Origin: Desulfomonilia bacterium
Lineage (GTDB): Bacteria > Desulfobacterota > Desulfomonilia > UBA1062
Length of the DNA: 64,000 nt
Direction of reading: 5' to 3'
Assembly (NCBI GenBank): GCA_050014195.1
Contig: JBEKDT010000009.1
Span: 96,001-160,000, forward strand
Each line of letters opens with the position of its first letter. The stretch's first letter is position 1. Made by a program: the position numbers and the translations under genes. A model generated the notes under the pieces. The model did not search any database, was not told where the DNA came from, and saw nothing but the letters and a program-made list of their open reading frames with translations. Of this stretch, positions 19,630-30,389 are shown piece by piece.

Positions 19630-20581
19630 CACAATTACCGCTGTTGATGGGGTGCGGGTAGGGCATAGCTCTGATTTTCACGGAGGTACGGGGGTAACGG
19701 TAATCCTTTTTGATAAACCAGCCCGTGGTTCCGTAGATATCACGGGACTTGCAACTTCCACCAGGCAGATCGACTCTCTTGAAATGATTCACCCCGGAAT
19801 TGCTGTTCATGGCTTATGCCTTGCGGGTGGTTCTGCCTTCGGCTTAGATGCTGCATCAGGAGCCATAAGGTATCTTGCAGAGAAGGGCATAGGGCTCGAC
19901 CTTATAGTTGCCAAGGTCCCTGTCGTACCAACTGCTGTTATCTTTGATTTATCTTTTATGGATGCTGATGCAAGGCCGACACCTGGGATGGCATACGATG
20001 CATGCACGACAGCATCATCCTTGCCTGTTGAGCAGGGCTGTATCGGTGCAGGTACAGGTGCAACCTGCGGCAAGCTCAGGGGTGTCGTTCATGCGACAAA
20101 GTCCGGTCTCGGCTCAAGCCTGACTCCAGGTGCAGGCGGTGTGCTTATGGGGGCTCTCGTCGTTGCAAATCCTTTTGGAGACATTCGCGATGAACAGGGG
20201 AGGATTATTGCCGGGTTACGGGATGATCACGGCTTTATCAAAATGGCTGACGAAATAGCCAAAGGAGAGGTCAGGGAGCGTTTCGGGGCCCCCGATAATA
20301 CAACATTGTGTGTTCTCGTGACGGATGCCTATATGGATAAAATCATGGCGATGCAAGTTGCGCGAATGGCAGGCCAAGGTCTTTCCCGGCACATATCTCC
20401 GTTCAACACGCCATTAGATGGAGATATGGTCTTCTGTTTTTCCGTTGGTGGAAAAAAAGCACATCCTCTTCATTTAGGTGTTATAGCAGCACATGCAGCG
20501 AGTGAAGCCTTGCTGAATGCAATACGGTATGCCAGAGGAATGGGCGGGATTCCTGCTTCAAGAGATATCATCGGCCAATAA
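19610..20581 (+). CDS. Peptidase S58 / DmpA (P1) family
   Basis: ITAVDGVRVGH, LAGGSAFGLDAA, GAGTGAT, NTTL, DGD. Confidence 0.88.
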   Translation: MSSRKNSTITAVDGVRVGHSSDFHGGTGVTVILFDKPARGSVDITGLATSTRQIDSLEMIHPGIAVHGLCLAGGSAFGLDAASGAIRYLAEKGIGLDLIVAKVPVVPTAVIFDLSFMDADARPTPGMAYDACTTASSLPVEQGCIGAGTGATCGKLRGVVHATKSGLGSSLTPGAGGVLMGALVVANPFGDIRDEQGRIIAGLRDDHGFIKMADEIAKGEVRERFGAPDNTTLCVLVTDAYMDKIMAMQVARMAGQGLSRHISPFNTPLDGDMVFCFSVGGKKAHPLHLGVIAAHAASEALLNAIRYARGMGGIPASRDIIGQ

Positions 20582-20720
20582 GACCGGGCAGTGTCAGTAA
20601 TTATACTTTACTGTTAAGACCTCTAGAAGAATTTGAAAGGTCATATATATACCTCGTGAAGCCCTTCTCTTTCATGTGTGGATACAGAATGGGTGCGGGT
20701 TTGAGGTAAGTCCAAAATCG

Positions 20721-20749
20721 TTGACAAAGCCTTATCACTTGGGTAGAAG
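20721..20749 (+). promoter_or_regulatory. sigma70-like promoter of tRNA-Met
   Basis: TTGACA-N17-TAGAAG ending 10 nt before the tRNA. Confidence 0.5.
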
Positions 20750-20759
20750 AGATGTCCGT

Positions 20760-20836
20760 GGCGGAGTAGCTCAGGTGGTCAGAGCATGCGGCTCATATCC
20801 GCAGTGTCGGGGGTTCAAATCCCTCCTCCGCTACCA
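20760..20836 (+). tRNA. tRNA-Met(CAT), probably elongator
   Basis: GGCGGAG...CTCCGCT-A-CCA, TGCGG-CT-CAT-AT-CCGCA; lacks initiator C1 mismatch and GGG/CCC anticodon stem. Confidence 0.92.
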
Positions 20837-20864
20837 AATTAAAAAAAAGAAAACATAAAATATT

Positions 20865-20904
20865 TGAGAAGCAGGAAAGTATTAGATCCTGCTTCTCATT
20901 TTTT
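20865..20904 (+). terminator. Intrinsic terminator after tRNA-Met
   Basis: TGAGAAGCAGGA/TCCTGCTTCTCA 12-bp stem followed by T6. Confidence 0.75.
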
Positions 20905-21118
20905 ACTAAAAGTAAAAAACTTCCTCAACGTTGCAATGCTGACCATGCCGGAACCTAAAAACAATTATATAAGAAAGAAATACTCAAGTTTTACTTCCCC
21001 TCATACACCTGATTATTTATATTACTATAGTTGTGGAGGTTTTAAGTTGAGAGACATCCGAGTTCTGGTTTATTATCCGTCACAATTCCTGATAAAAACT
21101 ATGAAAGGGTGATGTGGC

Positions 21119-23170
21119 ATGTCTAAAAAAATCATGCTTGCTTTCTGTATTCACTCCCACCAGCCAGTAGGTAATTACCTGAGTGTCTTCGAACAGGGGG
21201 CCAGGGAATGCTATCTGCCTTTCCTGAGAATCTTGCAGGAGTATCCTGATATTCGGGTGACACTCCACTATACAGGGCCCTTGCTGGAATGGTTTGAGCA
21301 GAATTCACCGGAATTTTTCGATCTGCTTACAAATCTAGTAGAAAGATCCCAGGTGGAGCTCATGGGTGGGGGATTCTATGAGCCCATTATATCCGTTATC
21401 CCAGAGAGAGATGTCATACGACAGATCGAGTATACAAAGGCCTATATGAAAAACAGGTTCGGAGTAATCCCGAGAGGTATGTGGTGTACGGAGCGGATTT
21501 GGGACCCAAGTCTCCCGAAAAAGATTAATTCCGGTGGGAAAGTGGAGTACACGCTCCTTGATGACAGTCATTTCCTAGCTGCAGGTCTCTGCCCGGAAGA
21601 TGTTCACGGTTATTATATTACCGAGAGAGAGGGGTATGCCCTGAGGGTATTCCCCATAGACATGCATCTTCGTTATCTTATCCCTTTCAAGGAGCCCGAT
21701 GAAATCATCGAATACCTTCTCCATCTGAAAGCACGGGGTGTGAAGGTGATCACCTATGGTGACGATGGAGAGAAATTCGGTATGTGGCCGGGAACCTACA
21801 AATGGGTAATTGAACAGGGATGGCTTAGGCGGTTTTTTGATGCAATGTTGAAGGTCTCAGATGAAATAGAGATTGTACCCTTGTCTGAAGCACTTGACAG
21901 TTATCCGCCGAAGGGACTCGTCTACCTGCCGACGGCAACCTACCAGGAGATGATGGAGTGGAGTCTTCTTGCCCCCCAGGGCAGATTATATGAAGATCTT
22001 GTCAAGAAGGCAAAAACAGAACATGACTGGGACCGTAAACGCGCATTTTTTAGAGGGGGCATGTGGGACAATTTTCTCTCAAAGTATCGTGAATCAAATT
22101 TGATGCACAAGAAGATGTTACAGGTGAGCTCACTCGTGCAGACATTTAGACAGGATTCAGATGATGCCATGAAGCATCTCCTTATGGGTCAATGCAACTG
22201 CGCTTACTGGCATGGATTATTCGGCGGAATCTATATCGGGGCGCTTAGGCATGCAATCTATGAGAACCTTCTGAAGGCCGAGGAGATCATTGATGAAAAG
22301 CGCATGAAGGACAGCTCCTGGATAGTTGAGCAGGTAGACCACGATGTGGACGGTTATGAAGAAGTCCTCATTTCAGGGAGGAGACTCAATTGCTATATCT
22401 CTCCTCAGGATAATGCCTCTGTCTTCGGACTTGAATACAAACCTAAGCAGTATAGTCTCTCAAACATTCTGATGCGGAACCCGGAAATCTATCACAAGGA
22501 TGTGTTGAATCCCCAGTCACGCAAAAAGAAAAAATCATCTGAGGAGCCGCTTTCTATCCATGATATCCCCCATGTAACCCCCGAGGAGTTCAAAGGGCTT
22601 CTTGTATATGATACCTACCGCAAGAATTCCTTTATAACTCATTATCTAGATGCCCCTGCATCGGTTGAGAAGATCCTGAAGGAAAACAGGATCGATACCT
22701 CTCTCACGGCACATCTCCCATTCCGGTTTGTGTCGAAGTCAGATGGAGAAGATTGCATTACTCTAACATTTACCGGTACACAAGGCCCTTTGAATATAAG
22801 CAAGGCATATAGGTATTATCCTGAAGGATCTATTACTCTATCTCACGCTATTTCCCCCTTAAGCGATAATACGTGGATCGTCCTTGAGTGGAATATCTTC
22901 ACACTCTCCGGTGAGAGGCCATTTATAGATGATCAACCCATGGAGAATGACCGTGGTGTTTACAGGGCGCACCATGTTGAAATCAAGGATAGTTCTCGAG
23001 GGCTTACCGTTCGGATAGAGTCGGGATCTCACTGGGTTGTTTGCATCGTTCCTATTGAATGTGTATCCCAAAGTGAGGATGGCTTTGAGAAGACATTCCA
23101 GGGGTGGAGTGTCTATTTTATGCTCCAATGCCTGGTTAGTGTTCCTGACGTCACGTTGAGGGTCTTTTAA
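21119..23170 (+). CDS. GH57 alpha-amylase / 4-alpha-glucanotransferase
   Basis: HSHQPVGN, GGGFYEP, W.TERIW, DDGEKFG.WPGT, QCNCAYWHGLFGG. Confidence 0.9.
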   Translation: MSKKIMLAFCIHSHQPVGNYLSVFEQGARECYLPFLRILQEYPDIRVTLHYTGPLLEWFEQNSPEFFDLLTNLVERSQVELMGGGFYEPIISVIPERDVIRQIEYTKAYMKNRFGVIPRGMWCTERIWDPSLPKKINSGGKVEYTLLDDSHFLAAGLCPEDVHGYYITEREGYALRVFPIDMHLRYLIPFKEPDEIIEYLLHLKARGVKVITYGDDGEKFGMWPGTYKWVIEQGWLRRFFDAMLKVSDEIEIVPLSEALDSYPPKGLVYLPTATYQEMMEWSLLAPQGRLYEDLVKKAKTEHDWDRKRAFFRGGMWDNFLSKYRESNLMHKKMLQVSSLVQTFRQDSDDAMKHLLMGQCNCAYWHGLFGGIYIGALRHAIYENLLKAEEIIDEKRMKDSSWIVEQVDHDVDGYEEVLISGRRLNCYISPQDNASVFGLEYKPKQYSLSNILMRNPEIYHKDVLNPQSRKKKKSSEEPLSIHDIPHVTPEEFKGLLVYDTYRKNSFITHYLDAPASVEKILKENRIDTSLTAHLPFRFVSKSDGEDCITLTFTGTQGPLNISKAYRYYPEGSITLSHAISPLSDNTWIVLEWNIFTLSGERPFIDDQPMENDRGVYRAHHVEIKDSSRGLTVRIESGSHWVVCIVPIECVSQSEDGFEKTFQGWSVYFMLQCLVSVPDVTLRVF

Positions 23171-23172
23171 GC

Positions 23173-23293
23173 ATGTCGGAGTTGAAGAAAGCCCCTGTTG
23201 TTGAACGATGGGTGATTATTTCAGAGCTCTATTTCAACTACATACCACCTTAAGGATGCAGCTATATTCTTCCATCCGCTTGTAGTTTCATGA
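23173..23293 (+). pseudogene. Internally deleted galT-family (hexose-1-phosphate uridylyl/adenylyltransferase) remnant
   Basis: MSELKKAPVVERWVIIS joined directly to YFNYIPP / (+1 frame) KDAAIFF, resembling the first and last motifs of GalT. Confidence 0.55.
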
Positions 23294-23314
23294 TAGAGGA
23301 CAGGAAAATGAGAT

Positions 23315-24007
23315 ATGCCTAGGTTCTTTGCCGAGATCACCCAATTCCCCGTTGCTGTAATCAAGGGAAGAGATATTGTTCATCATATTACAGGATCCTT
23401 GAGAAAGAGGAGGGGTGAGGAGATTGCCATCCGTGTGGGGACCAAAGGCTTCAGGGCAAGAATTACCTCCATCGGATCAGAAGAGATCCTTGTTTATATT
23501 ATGGATGAGGAGGGCCTTCAAGATCGAAGCAACGCCACAGTGCACCTGGCTATGTGTCTTTTTGACATGAAGGATTTTGAAGATGCTATCCGGTCTGCAA
23601 CAGAACTTGGGGTTTCCTATATCTACCCTGTTATATCCTCCAGATCAAACATAAGGTCTATAACGGAAGCCCGATATGCCAGATGGCAGACCATTATCCT
23701 TGAGGCTGTCAAACAGTGTGACCGAATGACAATCCCATCCATCCAACGGCCGGTGTCTCTTGATGTATTTATCCACGAGATATCAGATCGTTGGGATACT
23801 CGGCTTGTAGCCCACAAAGGTGCAGAGCATTCTATATCAAAATACCTGGGAAACAATGTCGGTATCCTCATAGGTCCTGAAGGAGGTTTTTCATCGGAAG
23901 AATTTCGGATGATAACAAACTCCGACTACATAGCTGTGAGCCTGGGGAATACGAACTTAAGGGCTACCACAGCAGCAATAACAGCAGTAGGCATACTTGG
24001 TATGTGA
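23315..24007 (+). CDS. rsmE: 16S rRNA m3U1498 methyltransferase
   Basis: MPRFF, ATELGV, EAVKQC.R, IGPEGGFS, LG...LRA.TA. Confidence 0.9.
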   Translation: MPRFFAEITQFPVAVIKGRDIVHHITGSLRKRRGEEIAIRVGTKGFRARITSIGSEEILVYIMDEEGLQDRSNATVHLAMCLFDMKDFEDAIRSATELGVSYIYPVISSRSNIRSITEARYARWQTIILEAVKQCDRMTIPSIQRPVSLDVFIHEISDRWDTRLVAHKGAEHSISKYLGNNVGILIGPEGGFSSEEFRMITNSDYIAVSLGNTNLRATTAAITAVGILGM

Positions 24008-24125
24008 AGGAGCATGTTACCAAGTGATCTGGCCTGTTCTTGTGTGTCTTCGTTATCCTGCCTATATAGTCAAGGCACCACCTCCCTGGATTAAGGGATG
24101 ATGCCTAGATAACTGCTGGAGAAGG

Positions 24126-26414
24126 CTACTTGATTTGTCCTGACTGGAGACGTTCAAGTTGTTTTTGAGCCTGTTGTTTCTCCGGGAATTGTTTCGTAGT
24201 GGCGAGCGATTTCTTTAGGTATGGTATCGCCTCAGCACCTCTTTTGAGGTCGATCAGCGCTGATGCCATATGATAAAGTATGGTAGGGTCGTCTCCCTGT
24301 TTCTCGGAAGCCATTTGGAACTGAGCCAGGGCATTATCGGCTAGCCCTTTTTTGAGATAAACATAACCAAGGGTGTCTGCTATTCTTGGATCTTCAGGGT
24401 ATAAATCCTTGGCTGTTTGTGCCAGCTTGAGGGCTTCATCCAGGTCGCTTTTCTTTCCTTTCTCTACAAGGACCCATGCCAGATTGTTTGCTGCAAGGGC
24501 ATTCTTGGGATTCTTGTCGAGGATGTACTTGTATACTTTTTGAGCTGCTTCCAAGTTTCCTGAGCCCTGCTGGAGTAAGGCGATCATCATGGCGGCAGTC
24601 ATGTCATTCGGGTTTTTGTTCAGGATTTTTTCATATTCATCCAATGCATTCTTTATCATGTTGTTCCGGGCATAGTATTGGGCCAGGGCATGGTAGAAGG
24701 CGTCTTTTTTCGGATCGAGCTCTATTGCCTTCTTTATCTCTGACAGGGCTTCGTCTTTCTTCCCTGAATCTTCAAGCAGGGCAGAGAGAACCATGTGGCA
24801 ACTTGCCGTATCTGAATTGGCACAGATGCCTTTTATCTTTTTAATAGCCTCTTGCCATCCAATAACCCCAGGTGAGGTGTATGCAAAGAGTGCCAAGGCC
24901 TCGTCATTGTGTGGGTAAAGGGTAGCTGCACGCTCAGCTATGGGGTAAGCACTCTTCTTATCATTTTGATCAAGATAGTAAAGGAGTTGGGCATGGAGTG
25001 TGATCCAGTCATTGGGAGCTGTGTCTTTAAGGGATCGGATATACGGCAGGGCCGCCTGTGGCCCCGATGATCTTAGGGCAGAGAGTGCACCGATATAGAG
25101 TATATCAGGGACGATAATCTTGTGTTTGACGAGAAGATCTGTTTCTTCAAGGGCCTCTTTGAATTCACCCTGGAGGAAGCGGATCCTTGCCATCATAGTA
25201 TGGAGCTGTATATTCTGAGCATTCTCCCGAAGAGAATAATCAACGAGCTCCTGCGCTTTTTTCACTTCGCCTTTCATAAGGTAGGCCTGAGCTGCCGTTG
25301 AAGCCACACCAGGGCTTGCAGGGGCGACCTTCAATGGCTCACTGAGTACTTCAATAGCCTTTTTGCTGTCCTTTTCCGCAATGTATATCTGCGCAAGAAT
25401 AATTCTTGACTGGATATCTTTGGTGTCTTTCTCAACTGTCTCAGTAAGCAGTTTTTTCGCCCCTGAACTATCTTTCTTGTCCAGGAGGATCTGCGCAATG
25501 AGGATACGGATCTGAGTTGTGTCCTTAAGATTACGAGCCATCTGGGCAGTCTTCAAGGCTCCGTCCAGGTCACGCTTTTGGTGGAGGATAGAGGACTCAA
25601 GGAGATATGGTTCAGGATTTTTTGGGGAGTTTTTCTTCATTGCTTCAAGTTGGTTCTGATAAAGATCAGCCATGTTATGGCGGGAGTAGAACAATGCCAG
25701 AGCAACCCCGGCAGAGATGTTGTTACCCGATGCATGATATGCATCTTCAGCCCACTTCCTGGCACTCATGAGATCATTTTTGAATGCATAAATGTCGCTG
25801 GCAATAAAACGCAATCTGGTTGATTTGGGGAACAGTGCAGATCCCTTGTTTACCAAGGCAAGGGCATCATCAATTCTACCCACAGGCATGTACATCTGAA
25901 TGGTATTTATATACATGTCTTCGGTAGGGCTTTTTATGCTCAGGAGTTCTTCCATGACCTTGATCCCCTGTTCCCTCTTACCGTTCATAAAAAGGGATTG
26001 AGCCAGGACTTCTTTTGCAAGGGTATTTGGGGGATCGGTTTGAAGGATAGTAGAAGCCTGTTTTTCAGCCGGATCATATTTTTTTGCGAGCAACAGCATG
26101 GAAGCGAGGTATTCTCTGGACTTCACATTCTTAGGGTCGGCTTGAGATGCCCTTGAGAAGGCTGTATATGCCTCCTGCGGATGGTTCAGCTTGAGCTGGG
26201 CTTCACCGAGGCTGATAAGTGTCTTGACATCATCAGGAGTAATCTTGAGAGCATTCTGGTACTGGATTGCCGCCTCAGCATATTTCCCCCGGTCAAGATA
26301 TTTCTGAGCGCTTGAGATGTAGTCTTTCCGTTTTTCTTCAGGGCTTTTGCTGCACCCTGTGAGAATAACTATTGATATGATAAAAAAAATCGAGAGTAGG
26401 GATACCCTCTTCAT
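24126..26414 (-). CDS. TPR-repeat lipoprotein, PrsT (PEP-CTERM system)-like
   Basis: Lipobox ILTGC, many TPRs, C-terminal NNLAW...DTLGYVY typical of PrsT-like proteins; GGAGG RBS before ATG 26414. Confidence 0.75.
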   Translation of the reverse strand: MKRVSLLSIFFIISIVILTGCSKSPEEKRKDYISSAQKYLDRGKYAEAAIQYQNALKITPDDVKTLISLGEAQLKLNHPQEAYTAFSRASQADPKNVKSREYLASMLLLAKKYDPAEKQASTILQTDPPNTLAKEVLAQSLFMNGKREQGIKVMEELLSIKSPTEDMYINTIQMYMPVGRIDDALALVNKGSALFPKSTRLRFIASDIYAFKNDLMSARKWAEDAYHASGNNISAGVALALFYSRHNMADLYQNQLEAMKKNSPKNPEPYLLESSILHQKRDLDGALKTAQMARNLKDTTQIRILIAQILLDKKDSSGAKKLLTETVEKDTKDIQSRIILAQIYIAEKDSKKAIEVLSEPLKVAPASPGVASTAAQAYLMKGEVKKAQELVDYSLRENAQNIQLHTMMARIRFLQGEFKEALEETDLLVKHKIIVPDILYIGALSALRSSGPQAALPYIRSLKDTAPNDWITLHAQLLYYLDQNDKKSAYPIAERAATLYPHNDEALALFAYTSPGVIGWQEAIKKIKGICANSDTASCHMVLSALLEDSGKKDEALSEIKKAIELDPKKDAFYHALAQYYARNNMIKNALDEYEKILNKNPNDMTAAMMIALLQQGSGNLEAAQKVYKYILDKNPKNALAANNLAWVLVEKGKKSDLDEALKLAQTAKDLYPEDPRIADTLGYVYLKKGLADNALAQFQMASEKQGDDPTILYHMASALIDLKRGAEAIPYLKKSLATTKQFPEKQQAQKQLERLQSGQIK

Positions 26415-26548
26415 AAGCCCTCCCATGGTTGATATACGCTCGATAACATAGTCAATAGCACAGGAAAAGCAATAACAAACATGGATATATTGACTTCCCC
26501 TCCTCCGGATACTATGAAAAGACTGAAATCTCTCAAGGGAGTAAAAGA

Positions 26549-27241
26549 ATGTTCTTAGATCCGCTCTATATCATGATGATTGTCCCTACGTTTTTGTTAA
26601 GCCTTTTTGCACAGATCAAGGTTAAATCATCATATAAACGATATTCACAAATACCAACATCCCGTGGAGTAACAGGTGCACAGGCTGCCCGCCTCATCCT
26701 CGATGCCCAGGGTATACGGGATGTATCTATTGAGCTTGGCAGTGGGTTTCTCTCTGATCATTACGATCCCCGCAGCAGGGTTTTACGGCTTTCTGAATCC
26801 GTTTATGCAGGAGATTCTCTGGCAAGCGTTGGTGTTGCAGCTCACGAGGCCGGCCATGCCATTCAACATGCACGGGGCTATATGCCGCTCCAGCTCAGAA
26901 GCGCCCTGGTGCCTCTTTCCTCCCTGGGTTCCAACCTTGCATGGCCGTTGCTTCTCATCGGGTTCATCTTCATGGCAAAATCCCTCATTATAGCAGGGAT
27001 CTTGTTCTTCAGCTTGGCGGTGCTCTTCCAGCTCATAACCCTGCCTGTGGAGTTCAATGCCTCCTCCAGGGCCTTGGATGCACTGCCTGCAACAGGCATC
27101 CTCACCGATATGGAGGTCAGCGGAGCCAGGAAGGTTTTAACAGCAGCTGCGCTCACCTATGTGGCAGCAGCCGCTACTTCTATTGTCCAACTTTTATACT
27201 TTCTCCTTCGTTCAGGCCTCTTGGGTGGCAGTGATGAATGA
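26549..27241 (+). CDS. Membrane zinc metallopeptidase (YugP/Zn_peptidase_2)
   Basis: LSDHYDP, AAHEAGHAIQH, TLPVEFNAS.RA, AAALTYVAA. Confidence 0.9.
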   Translation: MFLDPLYIMMIVPTFLLSLFAQIKVKSSYKRYSQIPTSRGVTGAQAARLILDAQGIRDVSIELGSGFLSDHYDPRSRVLRLSESVYAGDSLASVGVAAHEAGHAIQHARGYMPLQLRSALVPLSSLGSNLAWPLLLIGFIFMAKSLIIAGILFFSLAVLFQLITLPVEFNASSRALDALPATGILTDMEVSGARKVLTAAALTYVAAAATSIVQLLYFLLRSGLLGGSDE

Positions 27242-27348
27242 TCCTTCTCATGTGCAATATACACAGCCACACGAACATTCTTTAACATATGGAATCGAGC
27301 AAGAGGGGCTATTTAAATAATAATATGTTTTTACCGATGTAGGGTATA

Positions 27349-28701
27349 ATGAGAAGGTTCTTTTCGACAGGCATTCTTTTTATATTTGATATTGCTGTTG
27401 CAGGCGGATCTGTATTCCTTGCTAAGTATATCCAAATGTTTCTTCCTGGAGTAAGCCTTCCGGATGAACTTTTATGGTTAAAGGCATGTGTTTATTCCAT
27501 TATCACAATAATCTGTTTTTATTTTCAAGACCTTTATGACTGGAAATACTGGAAGAAGCCATCAGAACTTATTTCTTCAATCCTCCTCGGTGAAGGTTTA
27601 ACGCTGATCATCCTTGCATTCAGCTACTATATTCTCCCCACCATTGGTCTTGAAAGAGATGTGCTCCTTATGGCTATTGCCATTATATCCGTCTCTTCAT
27701 TCATGTTTCGTATGCTCTATCTTAAACTAAGATTAACCCATTATACGGGTATGAGGGTTGTTGTCTTAGGAGATGGAGAGAATGCCAAGTTCCTGTTTCG
27801 AGAGATACGTTCCGGTGGCCACCCTGTCATCTTTGAAGGATACATCGGTCGGAATAATTGGGATTTGCCCCTGCGGTGCCTGGGGGATGCCTCTGAGCTT
27901 GCAGATATTCTAAATAAAATAGATCCGGATGTCCTTGTAGTAGCACCTGATGGATGGCGGGGAACATTGCCCATCGAGGATCTACTCCGGGTAAAGTTTA
28001 CCCTGTGCGATGTTATTGATAGCCCGACCTTCTATGAACAAGTCACCGGCAGGATCCTTGTTGAAGAAATACGGCCCAGTTCTATTATTTTTACAAGGGG
28101 GTTTCAGAGCTCACGATTCGAGGACCTCCTCAAGCGAATGTTCGACCTGGTGTTTGCCTTGGTTGGGCTTATCGTAACAATCCCTGTCATACTATTTACT
28201 GCGATGGCCATCCGGATCGAATCTCCTGGCCCCATCTTCTATCTCCAGCGCAGGGTTGGCATGGATGGGAAGGATTTCAAGGTGATTAAGTTCAGATCCA
28301 TGCGTCAGGATGCAGAGAAGGATGGCCCCAAATGGGCCAGTGAGAACGACCCGCGGATTACCCATGTGGGCAGGGTCATTAGGAAGCTGAGGATTGATGA
28401 GTTGCCCCAGTTTATCAATGTAATAAAAAACGACATGAGCTTTGTCGGACCACGTCCCGAGAGGCGTTATTTTGTCGACCAGCTCGAAAAGGCCATCCCC
28501 TTCTATGCCTTACGAATGCATGCCAAACCGGGGATTACAGGCTGGGCCCAGATTAATTACCCGTATGGCGATACCTTCGAAGACGCCAAGGAAAAGCTCA
28601 AGTTTGAGCTCTATTATATGAAGCACCGTTCTCTGTGGCTTGATCTTGTAATCATATTCCAGACTATCAAGGTAGCGATTAAGGGAAGGGGATCTCAGTA
28701 G
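27349..28701 (+). CDS. Polyprenyl glycosylphosphotransferase, PEP-CTERM-associated type
   Basis: N-terminal TMs, FYEQVTGRI, KFRSMRQDAE, IDELPQ..NV...MSFVGPRPER, GITGWAQINYPYG. Confidence 0.88.
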   Translation: MRRFFSTGILFIFDIAVAGGSVFLAKYIQMFLPGVSLPDELLWLKACVYSIITIICFYFQDLYDWKYWKKPSELISSILLGEGLTLIILAFSYYILPTIGLERDVLLMAIAIISVSSFMFRMLYLKLRLTHYTGMRVVVLGDGENAKFLFREIRSGGHPVIFEGYIGRNNWDLPLRCLGDASELADILNKIDPDVLVVAPDGWRGTLPIEDLLRVKFTLCDVIDSPTFYEQVTGRILVEEIRPSSIIFTRGFQSSRFEDLLKRMFDLVFALVGLIVTIPVILFTAMAIRIESPGPIFYLQRRVGMDGKDFKVIKFRSMRQDAEKDGPKWASENDPRITHVGRVIRKLRIDELPQFINVIKNDMSFVGPRPERRYFVDQLEKAIPFYALRMHAKPGITGWAQINYPYGDTFEDAKEKLKFELYYMKHRSLWLDLVIIFQTIKVAIKGRGSQ

Positions 28702-28767
28702 GCAGTGACGAGTGGAGGAGCGGTTTTAGCCGCACTTGCCTGACCGGACATCAAGATCCCTTTTGCC

Positions 28768-29514
28768 TTATAAACTACTCAGGATCAATGGCCCGTTTGC
28801 GGTAATTGCAATGCTGTGCTCGAAATGTGCGGATAGCGACCCATCGGCGGTTACGGCGGTCCAACCGTCTTTCAGGATGTTCACTTTCCAGGTTCCTTCG
28901 TTCACCATGGGCTCTATGGCGAACGTCATCCCTTCCTGCAGGACCGGGCCGGTACCCCTTTTACCGAAATTGGGGATCTGGGGGTCTTCGTGGAGGCTTC
29001 TCCCGATACCGTGGCCGACGAATTCTCTCACCACATAAAATCCTGCAGATTCAACTACCTTCTGGATCGCTACAGAGATATCGTGCAAACGATTCCCGAC
29101 AACCGCCTGTTTTATGCCTTCGTAGAGGGCCTTTTCGGTAACCTCCATCAAACGCAATGCCTTCCTCGATACATCACCGACCGGATAGGTTTTGGAGGAG
29201 TCAGAGTAGAAACCATCACGTAATGTCCCAACATCAATGCTGATGATATCACCGGTCATTAGTTTGCGGGGGCCTGGAATGCCGTGGATAACCTCCTCAT
29301 TGATGGAGGTGCATAACGTAGCAGGGTATCCCCGGTAACCTTTGAATGCTGGAACAGCATTATGTGAGAGAATAAAGATCTCTGCTTCATTGTCGAGCTC
29401 GGCAGTGGTGATGCCGGGTTTGATCATAGGCCCCAAGTGTTCGAACAGGAGTGCCAGAATCCTGTTCCCCTCCCGCATAACAGCGATTTCCTGGGGGGTC
29501 TTGAGGATGATCAT
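28768..29514 (-). CDS. map: Type I methionine aminopeptidase
   Basis: SINEEVIHGIP, DVG...DS, GHGIG..LHEDP, IEPM, SAHFEH. Confidence 0.96.
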   Translation of the reverse strand: MIILKTPQEIAVMREGNRILALLFEHLGPMIKPGITTAELDNEAEIFILSHNAVPAFKGYRGYPATLCTSINEEVIHGIPGPRKLMTGDIISIDVGTLRDGFYSDSSKTYPVGDVSRKALRLMEVTEKALYEGIKQAVVGNRLHDISVAIQKVVESAGFYVVREFVGHGIGRSLHEDPQIPNFGKRGTGPVLQEGMTFAIEPMVNEGTWKVNILKDGWTAVTADGSLSAHFEHSIAITANGPLILSSL

Positions 29515-30389
29515 CCATCCAGGACCTTTTTCAATGGATATTCGATGATACCACGGGCACCCGCCTTCAGGAGCTCCGGCATCAATGAGCGTGATTGTGA
29601 TTCGTTGATGATGATCTCCAGCGAATACCAGTTCGGGTCATGAAGCGGCGAGACCGTGGGCGAAGTAATGGCAGGCAGCATCTTGATGACGGCCTCCAGT
29701 TTATCTTTCGGTGCATTCATCTTCAACCCTACCATGCCTGTGGCCTGCAGAGCTGCCTTTAGCATGAGCGAGATCTGTTCGATTTTGGTACGTTTCTTGG
29801 GGTCCTTCCAGGTCTCTTTGTTGGCAATGAGCTTGGTATTTGTTATGAGGAGGATATCTACAATCCTCAGATTGTGTGCCTTGATTGTTGATCCAGTCTC
29901 GGTTACTTCCACGATGGCATCCGCCAGGCCTTCCACAACCTTTGCCTCGGTGGCACCCCAGGAGAATTCCACCTCGACATTTATGTTCTTTTCTCTGAAG
30001 AACTTCTTGGTGAAATTCACTAATTCTGTGGCGATCTTCTTGCCTTCGAGGTCTTCAAGCTTCTGGATGCGTGATTTCTCATCAACGGCCAGTACCCACT
30101 TGGCAGGCTTGTAGGTGGCCTTTGAATAGATGAGGTCAGCTACCTCCACGACATCGGATTCGTTTTCGAGGATCCAGTCCTTGCCGGTGAGTGCAAGATC
30201 AAACAGGCCTGATTCCACATAACGCGAGACCTCTTGGGCCCTCACAAGGGCACATTCAATGTCGGAATCATCAATGGATGGGAAATAGCTGCGTGATGAG
30301 GTGCCGATGATCCAACCCGCATCCTTAAACAGCTCGATAGTGGAAGTCTGCAAGCTTCCCTTGGGGATGGCAAGACGTATCAAGCTCAT
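29511..30389 (-). CDS. hisG: ATP phosphoribosyltransferase (long form)
   Basis: AIPKGSL, TGKDW..E, SWGATE, ETGST, C-terminal regulatory domain. Confidence 0.95.
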   Translation of the reverse strand: MSLIRLAIPKGSLQTSTIELFKDAGWIIGTSSRSYFPSIDDSDIECALVRAQEVSRYVESGLFDLALTGKDWILENESDVVEVADLIYSKATYKPAKWVLAVDEKSRIQKLEDLEGKKIATELVNFTKKFFREKNINVEVEFSWGATEAKVVEGLADAIVEVTETGSTIKAHNLRIVDILLITNTKLIANKETWKDPKKRTKIEQISLMLKAALQATGMVGLKMNAPKDKLEAVIKMLPAITSPTVSPLHDPNWYSLEIIINESQSRSLMPELLKAGARGIIEYPLKKVLDG

